The position numbers and the translations under genes were made by a program. This document shows positions 47,277 to 55,937 of a stretch of DNA of 63,676 nt, in pieces. The stretch covers positions 1-63,676 of the forward strand of contig JBBDHX010000051.1 of assembly GCA_040880745.1 (NCBI GenBank), written 5' to 3'. The number at the start of each line of letters is the position of its first letter. Positions within the stretch are counted from its first letter, which is position 1. A model generated the notes under the pieces. That model saw only the letters and a list, made by a program, of their open reading frames with translations. It searched no databases and was not told the origin of the DNA. The stretch is from Actinomycetota bacterium. GTDB lineage: Bacteria > Actinomycetota > UBA4738 > HRBIN12.

Positions 47277-49112
47277 GTGACAGGGGAGGTCGCGAGCAGC
47301 ACCACGGGCCGCGAGCCCCGAGCCACCGGGCATCGATCTCGCGCCCCTGACCAAGACCCCGCGCGGATGCCCGGCGTGGCCTCGTTGCTCGGGGTCGCGG
47401 GGATCGCGTGGACGCTCATCGCGGTCGCCGTCCCGCTCTACGTCATCCTCGCGATCGCGTTCGGTCGGAACGATCCCATCCTGCTGATGGCGCGACCGGC
47501 GTGGAACCCGACCTCGTGGCGTACCGAGCAGTTCACCATCGTCCTCGGGGACCTCCTGGGTGGCGGGCTCGGCCGGGTATGGCTGAGGACGAGCACCTAC
47601 GTCGTCCTCGCCACCTCGATATGCATCGTGATCGGGTACCCGGTCGCGTACTTCCTGGCTCGGTGCGTACGACCGGGGCGGCGCGGGCTCTACCTGGTGC
47701 TCGTGCTCACCCCTTTGTGGATCCCCTACATGATGCGGATGCTTGCTTGGGTTGGGCTGCTGAGCCGGGACGGGATCGTGAACGAGCTGCTGGGCTCCGT
47801 CGGGATCGGCCCCATCACCTGGCTGGCGGGCAAACCGACCGTCGTGATCATGGGGCTCGTGTACGGCTACATCCCGTTCCTGATCCTGCCCCTGTTCGTC
47901 GTGCTCGACCGCGTGCCTGGGTCCACCCTGGAGGCCGGCCGAGACCTCGGCGCCTCGGGGTGGGCCACGTTCCGGCGTGTCACGCTGCCGCAGTCCCGAC
48001 CCGGCCTCCTCGCCGGCGTCGCTCTCATCTCCCTCCCCATGTTCGGCGACTTCTTCACGACCAACCTGCTCTCCGGATCGCCAACCACCCGGATGATCGG
48101 CAACGAGATCGACTTCTACATCAACGAATCTCAGACATCGGGCGGTCGGGGGGCAGCGATCACGCTCTTGCTCGTCCTGTTCACGGCGCTCTTCATGATC
48201 TACTACCTGATCAGGTCGGGGAACTCCGCACGCAACCAGCCCGCGCAGTCCCTGGAGCGGCCGGGGAGCGACGTCGGAGGGGATCGGTTGCTCCGCTGGT
48301 GGACATGGGGCTACATCATCTGGATGTTGATCCCCGTGGTGATGGCCGTCCTGTTCTCGTTCAACGCGGGACGCTCTCGGTCGCTCTGGCAGGGCGCTTC
48401 GTTGCGGTGGTACGTGTCCGAGGGTTCCGTCTTCCGCAACGAGGCGCTGATGTCGGCGCTCGGACAGACCCTGCGGCTCGCCGCGCTGACGACGATCATC
48501 ACCGTCCCACTCGGTCTCGGGCTCGCCATGGGGATCACCCGCTGGCGAGGAAGGGCCCGCGGCGCGTCGAGCGTGCTCGTGCTGGCGCCGTTGGCCATCC
48601 CCGAGATCGTGCTCGCCGTCGGGCTCTTCTTCGCGGTGAGCGAGCTGTACGACTTCCTGCCGTTCGGCACCCTCGCCCAGCTGTTGGGGCACGTGGTGTT
48701 CCTCCTGCCCGTCGCGGTCTTGATCATCGAGGGCCGCCTGCTCTTGGTCGGTCCGTCGTACGAGGAGACCGCGATGGACCTGGGCGCTTCGCCGTTCGGC
48801 GCCGCGGTCCGCGCCCTCTTGCCGATGCTGTTTCCGGCGCTCCTCGCGGCGTCGCTGTTCACGGTGGTCGCATCGATGGATGACTTCGTCATCAGCCAGT
48901 TCCTGAGCGGTGGGGAGACGAGCATCACGGTGCCGATGCGGCTCTACGTCGCCGCGCGGTCTCTCTCGACGCCGGCGACGAACGCACTCGCCACGCTGCT
49001 CCTGCTGGCGAACGCCATCGTCATCGTCGTCGCCCTCCTCGGGCTGCGGTACTTCCGCCGTCGGGACACGGTCCAGCAGGGCGCAGGCCCGCTTGCTATC
49101 GGAGCCGTATGA
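47277..49112 (+). CDS. Fused PotB-PotC-type ABC permease
   Basis: Two EAA loops (LEAGRDLGA; YEETAMDLGA); IGYPVAY, SMDDFVI; start approximate. Confidence 0.88.
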   Translation: MTGEVASSTTGREPRATGHRSRAPDQDPARMPGVASLLGVAGIAWTLIAVAVPLYVILAIAFGRNDPILLMARPAWNPTSWRTEQFTIVLGDLLGGGLGRVWLRTSTYVVLATSICIVIGYPVAYFLARCVRPGRRGLYLVLVLTPLWIPYMMRMLAWVGLLSRDGIVNELLGSVGIGPITWLAGKPTVVIMGLVYGYIPFLILPLFVVLDRVPGSTLEAGRDLGASGWATFRRVTLPQSRPGLLAGVALISLPMFGDFFTTNLLSGSPTTRMIGNEIDFYINESQTSGGRGAAITLLLVLFTALFMIYYLIRSGNSARNQPAQSLERPGSDVGGDRLLRWWTWGYIIWMLIPVVMAVLFSFNAGRSRSLWQGASLRWYVSEGSVFRNEALMSALGQTLRLAALTTIITVPLGLGLAMGITRWRGRARGASSVLVLAPLAIPEIVLAVGLFFAVSELYDFLPFGTLAQLLGHVVFLLPVAVLIIEGRLLLVGPSYEETAMDLGASPFGAAVRALLPMLFPALLAASLFTVVASMDDFVISQFLSGGETSITVPMRLYVAARSLSTPATNALATLLLLANAIVIVVALLGLRYFRRRDTVQQGAGPLAIGAV

Positions 49113-49188
49113 GTCTGAAGGGAGGCCGCGTACAGCAGCACGACCTTGGTCCGAGCACCTGATCCTGGAACGAAAGGAAGGAGCCGAG

Positions 49189-50439
49189 ATGGCGACGCAT
49201 GGAAGGTTCACCAGGCGGCAGTTCCTGTGGCGATCGTCCGCGGCAGCGATCGCCGTGCCGACACTGTCCCAGTTGCTCGCGGCGTGCGGCTCGGACGACA
49301 CGTCGTCGTCTGCCGCCCAAGGGTCGGTCACGCTCGATCTCGCGAACCCCCAACCGCTCCCGGTCTTCGAGGACAACCCGCCGATCGAGAGCGATCTGTC
49401 TCCGGAGGCCGGCCCACTGACGCTCTTGACCTGGGCGGACTACGTGCCGGCCGAGCTCATCAAGGGATTCGAGAAGGAGTACGAGGTGACGGTCGAGCAG
49501 GTCACCGTCAACTCGGCCGACGAAGCGCTGCGCAAGGTCGCGAGCGGGGAGGTCCCGTTCGATCTGTACGCGGGGCTCGTCGAGGTGATGCCGCCGCTCA
49601 TCGAGGGCAAGCTCGTGTCGCCGCTGAACCACGACTACATCCCCAACATCACGAACATCTGGCCCACGTTGCAGGACCCGTGGTACGACCCCGGCTCGGT
49701 GTACTCCATCGCGAGCGTGGTCGGTGCGTTCGGGATCGGCTACCGGACCGACCTCATCGACATCGACATCCCCAACCTGGAGAACCCGTGGGACGCGATG
49801 TGGGATCCGGCGGCCAAGGACATCGTGGCGTTCTACGACCAGTTCCGCGAGGCACTCGCGTTCTCGCTGTTCCACAACGGGGTGAACAACCCGAACACCC
49901 CGACCGACGAGGAGCTGGCCGCGGCCGTCGAAGGCCTTCGGTCGCTCATCAAGGACAACGGCGCGAGGGTCGGCGACAACGTCGGCTTCGCGGGGCTCGG
50001 CGAGGGCACCTACGGCGTCGTGCATTCGTTCCAGGGGGACTCGCAGTACGCGGAGTTCTCGATGCCGCAAGGCAGCGACCCATCGGTGTTGCAGTACGTG
50101 TGGCCACCCTCGGCTACCGATGGCGCGGTGGGCGGCACGGTGAGCGACGACTTCTGGATGCTGAGCAGCTCGTCCGAGAGCCCCGTGCTCGCGCATGAGT
50201 TCATGAACTGGGTCATCGGCAAGGAGCCGGCGCAGACCTGGTACGAGCTCTACGGGCTGCAGCTTCCGCAGAACCACCTGACGCCGGACGGGCTCATCTC
50301 GCAGGGCATCGTGCCCGAGCAGCTCTCGACCCAGATCCTGACCCCGGACGACTTCGACCTCGGGCAATGGGTGCTGCCGTTGTCAGAGACCGACCAGCAG
50401 CGGCTGGTCGACGCGTGGGCCGAGGTCCAGCGGGGATGA
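49189..50439 (+). CDS. PotD/PotF-type substrate-binding protein, Tat-exported lipoprotein
   Basis: TRRQFL Tat motif, LAAC lipobox, TWADY, WDAMWD; SD AAGGAG. Confidence 0.9.
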   Translation: MATHGRFTRRQFLWRSSAAAIAVPTLSQLLAACGSDDTSSSAAQGSVTLDLANPQPLPVFEDNPPIESDLSPEAGPLTLLTWADYVPAELIKGFEKEYEVTVEQVTVNSADEALRKVASGEVPFDLYAGLVEVMPPLIEGKLVSPLNHDYIPNITNIWPTLQDPWYDPGSVYSIASVVGAFGIGYRTDLIDIDIPNLENPWDAMWDPAAKDIVAFYDQFREALAFSLFHNGVNNPNTPTDEELAAAVEGLRSLIKDNGARVGDNVGFAGLGEGTYGVVHSFQGDSQYAEFSMPQGSDPSVLQYVWPPSATDGAVGGTVSDDFWMLSSSSESPVLAHEFMNWVIGKEPAQTWYELYGLQLPQNHLTPDGLISQGIVPEQLSTQILTPDDFDLGQWVLPLSETDQQRLVDAWAEVQRG

Positions 50440-50785
50440 CGACGCCCGAGGACGACGGGCCACACCTGCGACCGGAGTTCCTGCCGGTCCTCCGCACGAT
50501 CTACGGCGAGATCAGCAACCACGAGCCGGCGAGGAGGTGCTCATCATCGCCGACTCGCGGACGCCCTCGAACGTCGTCAACGCGTTCTTCGGCGAGGCGC
50601 TCAGCCTGGCGCGTCGGTCCAGGCGTTGCAGGTGAAGACCCCGCCACCGCCGTCGGTGCATCTTCGGCGCGGGCATGCAGAGCGTGTCCTCACCGGTGCA
50701 CTGGGACTGCTCGAGCCGGCGACCCACGATCGACATCGGCGAACGCCGGGTCGTCGAGGCAGGCTGGGTGCAGGACCTAGGCTGA
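50436..50785 (+). pseudogene. Collapsed M29/NicX-like metalloenzyme gene (internal deletion plus frameshifts)
   Basis: ATGA-coupled start; across frames PGEEVLIIADSRTP...ALSLGASV then SPVHWDCSSRRPTIDIGERRVVEAG, matching both ends of the 53527..54555 protein. Confidence 0.65.
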
Positions 50786-51175
50786 GCCGGCGCCGGTACG
50801 CGGCCGGACGGCGATGGCGTCCATCTCGACGAGGAACCGGTCGTCCATGAGACCGCAGACGATCGTGGTCCTCACCGGCTTGGCGCCGCCGAAGCCCTCG
50901 GCGTACAGCTCGTTGAACCGGGCGAAGCTGTCGCGCGATGTGAGGTAGGCGCCGACCCGCACGACGTCGCCGAGGCCGCTCCCCGCGGCCCGCAGGCACA
51001 CCTCCACGTTGCGGATCACGGCCCGAACCTGGCCGTCGAGGTCCTCGGCCGCCAGCGCGCCGTCGCCGTCGACCGGGACCTGGCCCGAGACGAACACGAG
51101 GTCCTCGGTCGCGACGACCGGCACGTACGGCCGCGTAGGAACCATGACCTCGGTCGGTTGGATCTCTTCACGCAT
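50777..51175 (-). CDS. RidA/YjgF family protein
   Basis: VFVSGQVP, FNELY, PVRTT, VEMDAIA. Confidence 0.9.
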   Translation of the reverse strand: MREEIQPTEVMVPTRPYVPVVATEDLVFVSGQVPVDGDGALAAEDLDGQVRAVIRNVEVCLRAAGSGLGDVVRVGAYLTSRDSFARFNELYAEGFGGAKPVRTTIVCGLMDDRFLVEMDAIAVRPRTGAGSA

Positions 51176-52142
51176 CTCGCCCGCTCCCCTCGCTGATCAC
51201 CTCGATGAACCGGTCGGCGCCGACGTTGCCCCCCGACAGGATGACGCCGACGCGCCGCCCGCCCGCATCGATGATCCCGGCGAGCAGCGCCGCGACGCCG
51301 ACGGCGCCGCTCGGCTCGACCACCAGCTTCGTCCGTTCGAACAGGAACCGCATCGCCGCCCTGATCTGCTCGTCGGTCACGACGACGACGCGATCGACGA
51401 CGCGCCGGTTCACCTCGAGGGTCGAGATCCCCGGCGTGACCGGCTGCAGGCCGTCCGCGATCGTACGCGGCACGCCGTCGAGCTCGACGCGGGTGCCCGT
51501 CTCGAGTGACCGGCGGGTGTCGTCGGCTCCCTCGGGCTCGACTCCGATGACGACCGCGTCGTCGCGGTGCGCCCGCAGCGCGGTACCCGAGCCCGCGATG
51601 AGCCCGCCGCCGCCGACGGGCACCACGAGCACGTCGGGCGGGCCCACCTGCCCGATGAGCTCGAGCGCGGCGGTGCCCTGCCCCGCCATGATCGACGGGT
51701 CGTCGTAGGGCGGGATCAGCGTGAGCCCGCGGTCACGCGCCAGCCGGTCCGCGATCTCGGCCCGATCCTCGCGGTACCGGTCGTAGGTGACGATCTCGGC
51801 GCCGTAGCCGGCCGTGGCGGCGAGCTTCGTCGGCGGCGCGTCGTCCGGCATCACGATGACCGCCCGTGTCTCGCACAGCCCCGCGGCGATCGCCACGGCC
51901 TGCGCGTGGTTGCCCGACGAGAACGCCACGACGCCGGCTGCGCGCTCCCCTTCGGCCAGCGTGCTGACCTTGTTGTAGGCCCCGCGGATCTTGAACGAAC
52001 CACCTCGCTGCAGGTTCTCGGCCTTGAGCCAGACCGATCCGCCGAGCTCACGGTCGAGCGTGGACGACGTGAACACGGGTGTCCGGTGGGCCACGCCGCG
52101 CAGACGCGCCGCCGCGGCCTCGATGTCGGAGAGCGAAATCAT
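51168..52142 (-). CDS. PLP-dependent Ser/Thr dehydratase family (3-hydroxyaspartate ammonia-lyase-like)
   Basis: KAENLQRGGSFKIRGA, FSSGNHAQA, VGGGGL, EPSGA, SGGN. Confidence 0.92.
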   Translation of the reverse strand: MISLSDIEAAAARLRGVAHRTPVFTSSTLDRELGGSVWLKAENLQRGGSFKIRGAYNKVSTLAEGERAAGVVAFSSGNHAQAVAIAAGLCETRAVIVMPDDAPPTKLAATAGYGAEIVTYDRYREDRAEIADRLARDRGLTLIPPYDDPSIMAGQGTAALELIGQVGPPDVLVVPVGGGGLIAGSGTALRAHRDDAVVIGVEPEGADDTRRSLETGTRVELDGVPRTIADGLQPVTPGISTLEVNRRVVDRVVVVTDEQIRAAMRFLFERTKLVVEPSGAVGVAALLAGIIDAGGRRVGVILSGGNVGADRFIEVISEGSGRDA

Positions 52143-52705
52143 CGGGGGTCGTGGCTCGGGTGACCGGGCTCGATCGGCGCGAAGAGCACCAGATCCTCGA
52201 CCCTCGTCGTCGACCTCGCTGGGGAGCGATCCGTCGGTGGGGGTGGGTCCACCGGGTGGCCGACGCCGACGATGAGCTGCGGATCCAGGTTCGCCGGCAG
52301 GTTGAGGAACACCCGAAGCGCGGACGGCGAGTCGGCGGTCATCGGGCCGGCCACCAGGCCGAGCGCGTGGGCGGCCAGCAGCATGTTCTGAGCGGCGGAG
52401 CCGACGTCCCAGTACACCTCGCGGTACGCTGGAATCGGTGCGTCGTAGCGGGCCAGGTCCCAGTCGATGCAGATCACGATCGCTGCAGCGGGGACGCCGG
52501 CGACCATGCCGGGCGAGAACATGCGGATCGCTCGCAGCACCTCGGCATCGGTGACGACGACGAACCGATGGACGCGCAGGTTCGAGCCCGAGGGGGCCCA
52601 CCGGGCGGCCTCGAGGATCGACCACAACGTCTCGTGGTCCACGGGTGCATCGCTGTAGGCCCTCGCCACGCGCCGGGTCCGGATGGTCTCGAGCGTGTCA
52701 CGCAT
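52139..52705 (-). CDS. Nitroreductase family protein
   Basis: IRTRRVARAY, AARWAPSGSN, AAQNMLLAAHALGL. Confidence 0.9.
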   Translation of the reverse strand: MRDTLETIRTRRVARAYSDAPVDHETLWSILEAARWAPSGSNLRVHRFVVVTDAEVLRAIRMFSPGMVAGVPAAAIVICIDWDLARYDAPIPAYREVYWDVGSAAQNMLLAAHALGLVAGPMTADSPSALRVFLNLPANLDPQLIVGVGHPVDPPPPTDRSPARSTTRVEDLVLFAPIEPGHPSHDPR

Positions 52706-53054
52706 CGGCGTCCTCCGAACCGTCGCGAGCGACCTCGCGTGCGAGGCTCGCGATCAGCTCGTCGAGGTAGGCCTCGGTCTCGGGGGCCGCGCCCATGGGA
52801 TCCCACTCCTGAGCGGGGACGGAGCTCGCGAGATCGCGCAGGTACGTCGCGAGCGAGCCGGTCGTCCGCGGAGCCCAGGTGGCCGCGAGGCGCTCGGCCG
52901 CCGTCGCGAGCCGGGAGGTGCCGTACCCGGGGGGGTCGAACAGGCAGCTGCGCGAGCTCGCCAGCAGGAACGCGAGCAGCGCGATCGCGTCATCGTGGTT
53001 CAGCGCGAGGTCAGCCCGGGGTCCCGCATCTGCCTCGCCGTCGCCCGCTCGCAT
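52698..53054 (-). CDS. Hypothetical protein, DUF6092-like
   Basis: LLAFLLASSRSCLFDPPGYGTSRL; fills the operon gap with overlapping start/stop. Confidence 0.65.
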   Translation of the reverse strand: MRAGDGEADAGPRADLALNHDDAIALLAFLLASSRSCLFDPPGYGTSRLATAAERLAATWAPRTTGSLATYLRDLASSVPAQEWDPMGAAPETEAYLDELIASLAREVARDGSEDADA

Positions 53055-53530
53055 CACGTCCACGCCAGGCGGCTGACCTCGATGGTCTGCAGGCCTTCGG
53101 TCCGGGTTCGCCCGCAGCCGGCGGCCAGCTCGTCGAGCCCCTCGTCCACGGTCGCCCAGACCGTCATCGGCACGGGACCGAAGCTGAACTCGAAGCGCGC
53201 CTCGCGTCCGTACACGAGCGCCAGATCCCAGTACGCATCGGTGATGCCGAACCCGTATCCCGGCGGGAAGTATCCGAAGCAGATGTCGCCCGGGATCGGG
53301 AGCACGGTGAGGTTCTCGCGCGGGAGCGACGCGGCATCGAAGACCCGGTTCGCCTCGGGGACCTCGACCGACACCATCCGCCCCGCCCAGCCGGCGTGGA
53401 TGCCCGTCGTCACGATGGGGTGCTCGATCGCCCGCCACATCGCGTCACACGTGAGCGGCGCGAGGTCGTCGAGCAGGACCGCCGTCGCGCGCTCGCCGGT
53501 CCGCTCGAACGTGATCTGGATCTTCCTCAC
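53054..53530 (-). CDS. DUF3830-like (cyclophilin-like fold) protein
   Basis: AVLLDDLAPLTC, HAGWAG, ENLTVLPIPGDI, LALVYGR. Confidence 0.8.
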   Translation of the reverse strand: MRKIQITFERTGERATAVLLDDLAPLTCDAMWRAIEHPIVTTGIHAGWAGRMVSVEVPEANRVFDAASLPRENLTVLPIPGDICFGYFPPGYGFGITDAYWDLALVYGREARFEFSFGPVPMTVWATVDEGLDELAAGCGRTRTEGLQTIEVSRLAWT

Positions 53531-54555
53531 ACGACCCCCGAATCCTCCGTGAACCGCCCCGCCTCGATGACCGGCCGGCCGTCGACGAACAGGCTCGACT
53601 CCATGAGGGTCGCGTCCATGTGGCCGAGCGCGTACTCCCCGCCCTGCAGGCCGACGCCGGAGCTGGCGCCGACCCCGACCACGACGGCGCCGAGCAGGCT
53701 CTCCCACGCCGTGACGTCGACGATGTCGAGGTCGACCCGGTGGTCGACGCCCGCCCCCACGTGGGCGAACTGGTAGACGCGATCGTCGTCGAACTGCTCG
53801 ATCCACCGGATGAACAAGCTCGCCGACTCGTTGTCGTCCTCGATCTTGACCATCCTTCCGTCGACGAGCTCGGTCCTGATCGGTTCGCGCGTGACGAACT
53901 TGTGCTGCGGCAGCAGCGACAGGGGACCGTTGAAGACCATGGTCCCGTTGACCGACGCCGGCGGCGGCGTGAACGAGATGCTGAAGACCCCATAGCTGTC
54001 CCACATGCCGGGGCGATCCACCAAGCCCCGGGCGACGTCGAGCGGCAGGGCACCACGCTGGAAGGAGAAGTCGGTGCCGAGCGGTCCGGTGACCCGCATC
54101 TCGTTCGCCGCGTCGCAGATCTCGCCGAACCGGGTGACCCGGCCGATGAGCTCGTCGGTCGGCTGGCGCTCGACGAACTGCCCGGGCGGCAGCATCACCT
54201 GCAGGACCCGGGTCCCGGCCTCGCAGATCCTCGTGATGGCGGGCGCGTAGTCCGACCACGTGTTCGATGCGAGGTCGAACACGACATCGGCCGACTCCAT
54301 CGCTTCGACGGCCGGCTCGGGCGGGTCGAGCAGCGCGAACCGTGGATGCGCCATCACGAACACGGCGTCGCAGCCCATGTTCACCGCGGCGAGGTAGATC
54401 GCTTCGGCCATGGCGCCGGGTCCGCCGGAGTCCGTGTACACGACGACCCGCTCGTCTGGCTGCACCACGCACCGGCGGAGGGCGTTGGACGCCGCACGGA
54501 CGAGTTGCGGGAACCCGATCCCTTCGGCGGGGCCCTCCAAGAGTCGCATCGGCAC
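53527..54555 (-). CDS. M29 aminopeptidase-like / NicX (2,5-dihydroxypyridine dioxygenase)-like metalloenzyme
   Basis: ERVVVYTD, MRVTGPLGTDF, VDRPGMWD, FAHVGAG, GHMD..FVDGRPVIEAG. Confidence 0.78.
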   Translation of the reverse strand: MPMRLLEGPAEGIGFPQLVRAASNALRRCVVQPDERVVVYTDSGGPGAMAEAIYLAAVNMGCDAVFVMAHPRFALLDPPEPAVEAMESADVVFDLASNTWSDYAPAITRICEAGTRVLQVMLPPGQFVERQPTDELIGRVTRFGEICDAANEMRVTGPLGTDFSFQRGALPLDVARGLVDRPGMWDSYGVFSISFTPPPASVNGTMVFNGPLSLLPQHKFVTREPIRTELVDGRMVKIEDDNESASLFIRWIEQFDDDRVYQFAHVGAGVDHRVDLDIVDVTAWESLLGAVVVGVGASSGVGLQGGEYALGHMDATLMESSLFVDGRPVIEAGRFTEDSGVV

Positions 54556-54603
54556 TGCCTCCTCATCGTCATCGGCCCGAAGGCCATCCTCGCGGTGGTG
54601 GAT

Positions 54604-55812
54604 CTACCCGAGCGCTGCCTCGTCGAGCACGTGGGTCGCGCCGCGCAGCATCACCGTGCGCACGTCCCGCAGTCGCTCGAGATCGTCGAGCGGATCGCCG
54701 GCGACCGCGATCAGGTCGGCCGAGTGCCCGGCCTCGAGCGTGCCGAAGTCCGCGTGCGCCGAGATCACCGCGGCGGCGTCGCGGGTGGCCGCCTGGATCG
54801 CCCGGTAGGGATCGACCCCGAACGTGGTGAAGTACGCGATCTCGTTCACCATGTCGCCGTAGCTGTCGGTCCCGGTCGCGAACAGCACGCCGGCGTCGAG
54901 CGCGTGCTGGAACGATCTGCGGTGCACGTCGAGGATCTCGTCGGCGACGTCGATCCAGCTCGGTTCGAGCCCGAACTCGTGGCCACGGTGCACGATGCCG
55001 AGCATGCAGTCCAGGGTGGGCACGAGAGCGACCCCGTGCTCGGCCATGTACCTCGCGTGGTCCGCGGTGAGGTAGATGCCGTGTTCGAGGCAGTCGAGCC
55101 CTGCCTCGAGGGCGTTCGAGATCCCGCGCTCGCCGTCGGCGTGGGCGGTGACGCGTTTGTCCCGGGCGTGCGCGGCCTCGACGACTGCTCGCATCTCCTC
55201 GGTGGTCAGCTGCGCGTGGGTGGGCAGCTCCCCCGGGCTCGCCGCGCTGATCCCGCCGCTCGCCATGACCTTGATGAAGTCCGCCCCCAGCTCGAACTGA
55301 AGGCGAGCCGCCTGGGCGCAGGCCCACGGCCCGTCCGCGGCGCGGCCGAACGCTCCCTGGTGACCGCCCGTCATGCCGATGGCCTCACCCGCGCACACGA
55401 GCCGGGGCCCCACCCCGTAGCCCTCCTCGAACGCCCGTCTGACCACCAGGTCGACCGCGTGCCGGGCCCCGGGGATCCGGAGCGTCGTCACGCCGCGCGA
55501 CAGCGTCCCGCGCGCGTAGTGGGCGAACACGACCGCCCACATGGCGTCGGGCTCATCCAGCGCATCGACCCCAGTCGAGAAGCGACTCCGGCCCGCCACG
55601 TGTTCGTGGCAGTCGATCATGCCGGGCATGAGCGTCGCATCGGGGAAGTGGCGCTCCTCGACGCCGTCGGTCGCCAGGTCGGTTCGGGGTCCGACGGCCT
55701 CGATGCGGCCGTCGTGCACACGGACCGCGGCATCACGCAGCGGCGGTTCGTCGTTGGCGGTGATCAGCCTCGGGGCCGACACCAGCATGGGGGGTCCGCT
55801 CTCCAGCTCCAT
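54604..55812 (-). CDS. Metal-dependent amidohydrolase (Xaa-Pro dipeptidase-like)
   Basis: MPGMIDCHEH, FIKVMASGG, AHAD, EHG, GTD. Confidence 0.9.
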   Translation of the reverse strand: MELESGPPMLVSAPRLITANDEPPLRDAAVRVHDGRIEAVGPRTDLATDGVEERHFPDATLMPGMIDCHEHVAGRSRFSTGVDALDEPDAMWAVVFAHYARGTLSRGVTTLRIPGARHAVDLVVRRAFEEGYGVGPRLVCAGEAIGMTGGHQGAFGRAADGPWACAQAARLQFELGADFIKVMASGGISAASPGELPTHAQLTTEEMRAVVEAAHARDKRVTAHADGERGISNALEAGLDCLEHGIYLTADHARYMAEHGVALVPTLDCMLGIVHRGHEFGLEPSWIDVADEILDVHRRSFQHALDAGVLFATGTDSYGDMVNEIAYFTTFGVDPYRAIQAATRDAAAVISAHADFGTLEAGHSADLIAVAGDPLDDLERLRDVRTVMLRGATHVLDEAALG

Positions 55813-55836
55813 CGCAGCCTCTCGTCGACGGATCCG

Positions 55837-55860
55837 TAGAATCGTACTACAATCCAGCAG
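55837..55860 (+). promoter_or_regulatory. Divergent promoter region with putative GntR box 3 CTACAATCCAGCAG
   Basis: TAGAAT and TACAAT hexamers; motif shared with 46534 and 47186. Confidence 0.55.
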
Positions 55861-55937
55861 TCGGACGAATCGGGCCGCACGGTCGCGGCGCCGGCTCGCC
55901 GTCAGGGATATCACGTGGCGAGGAAGGGTGGGGACCA

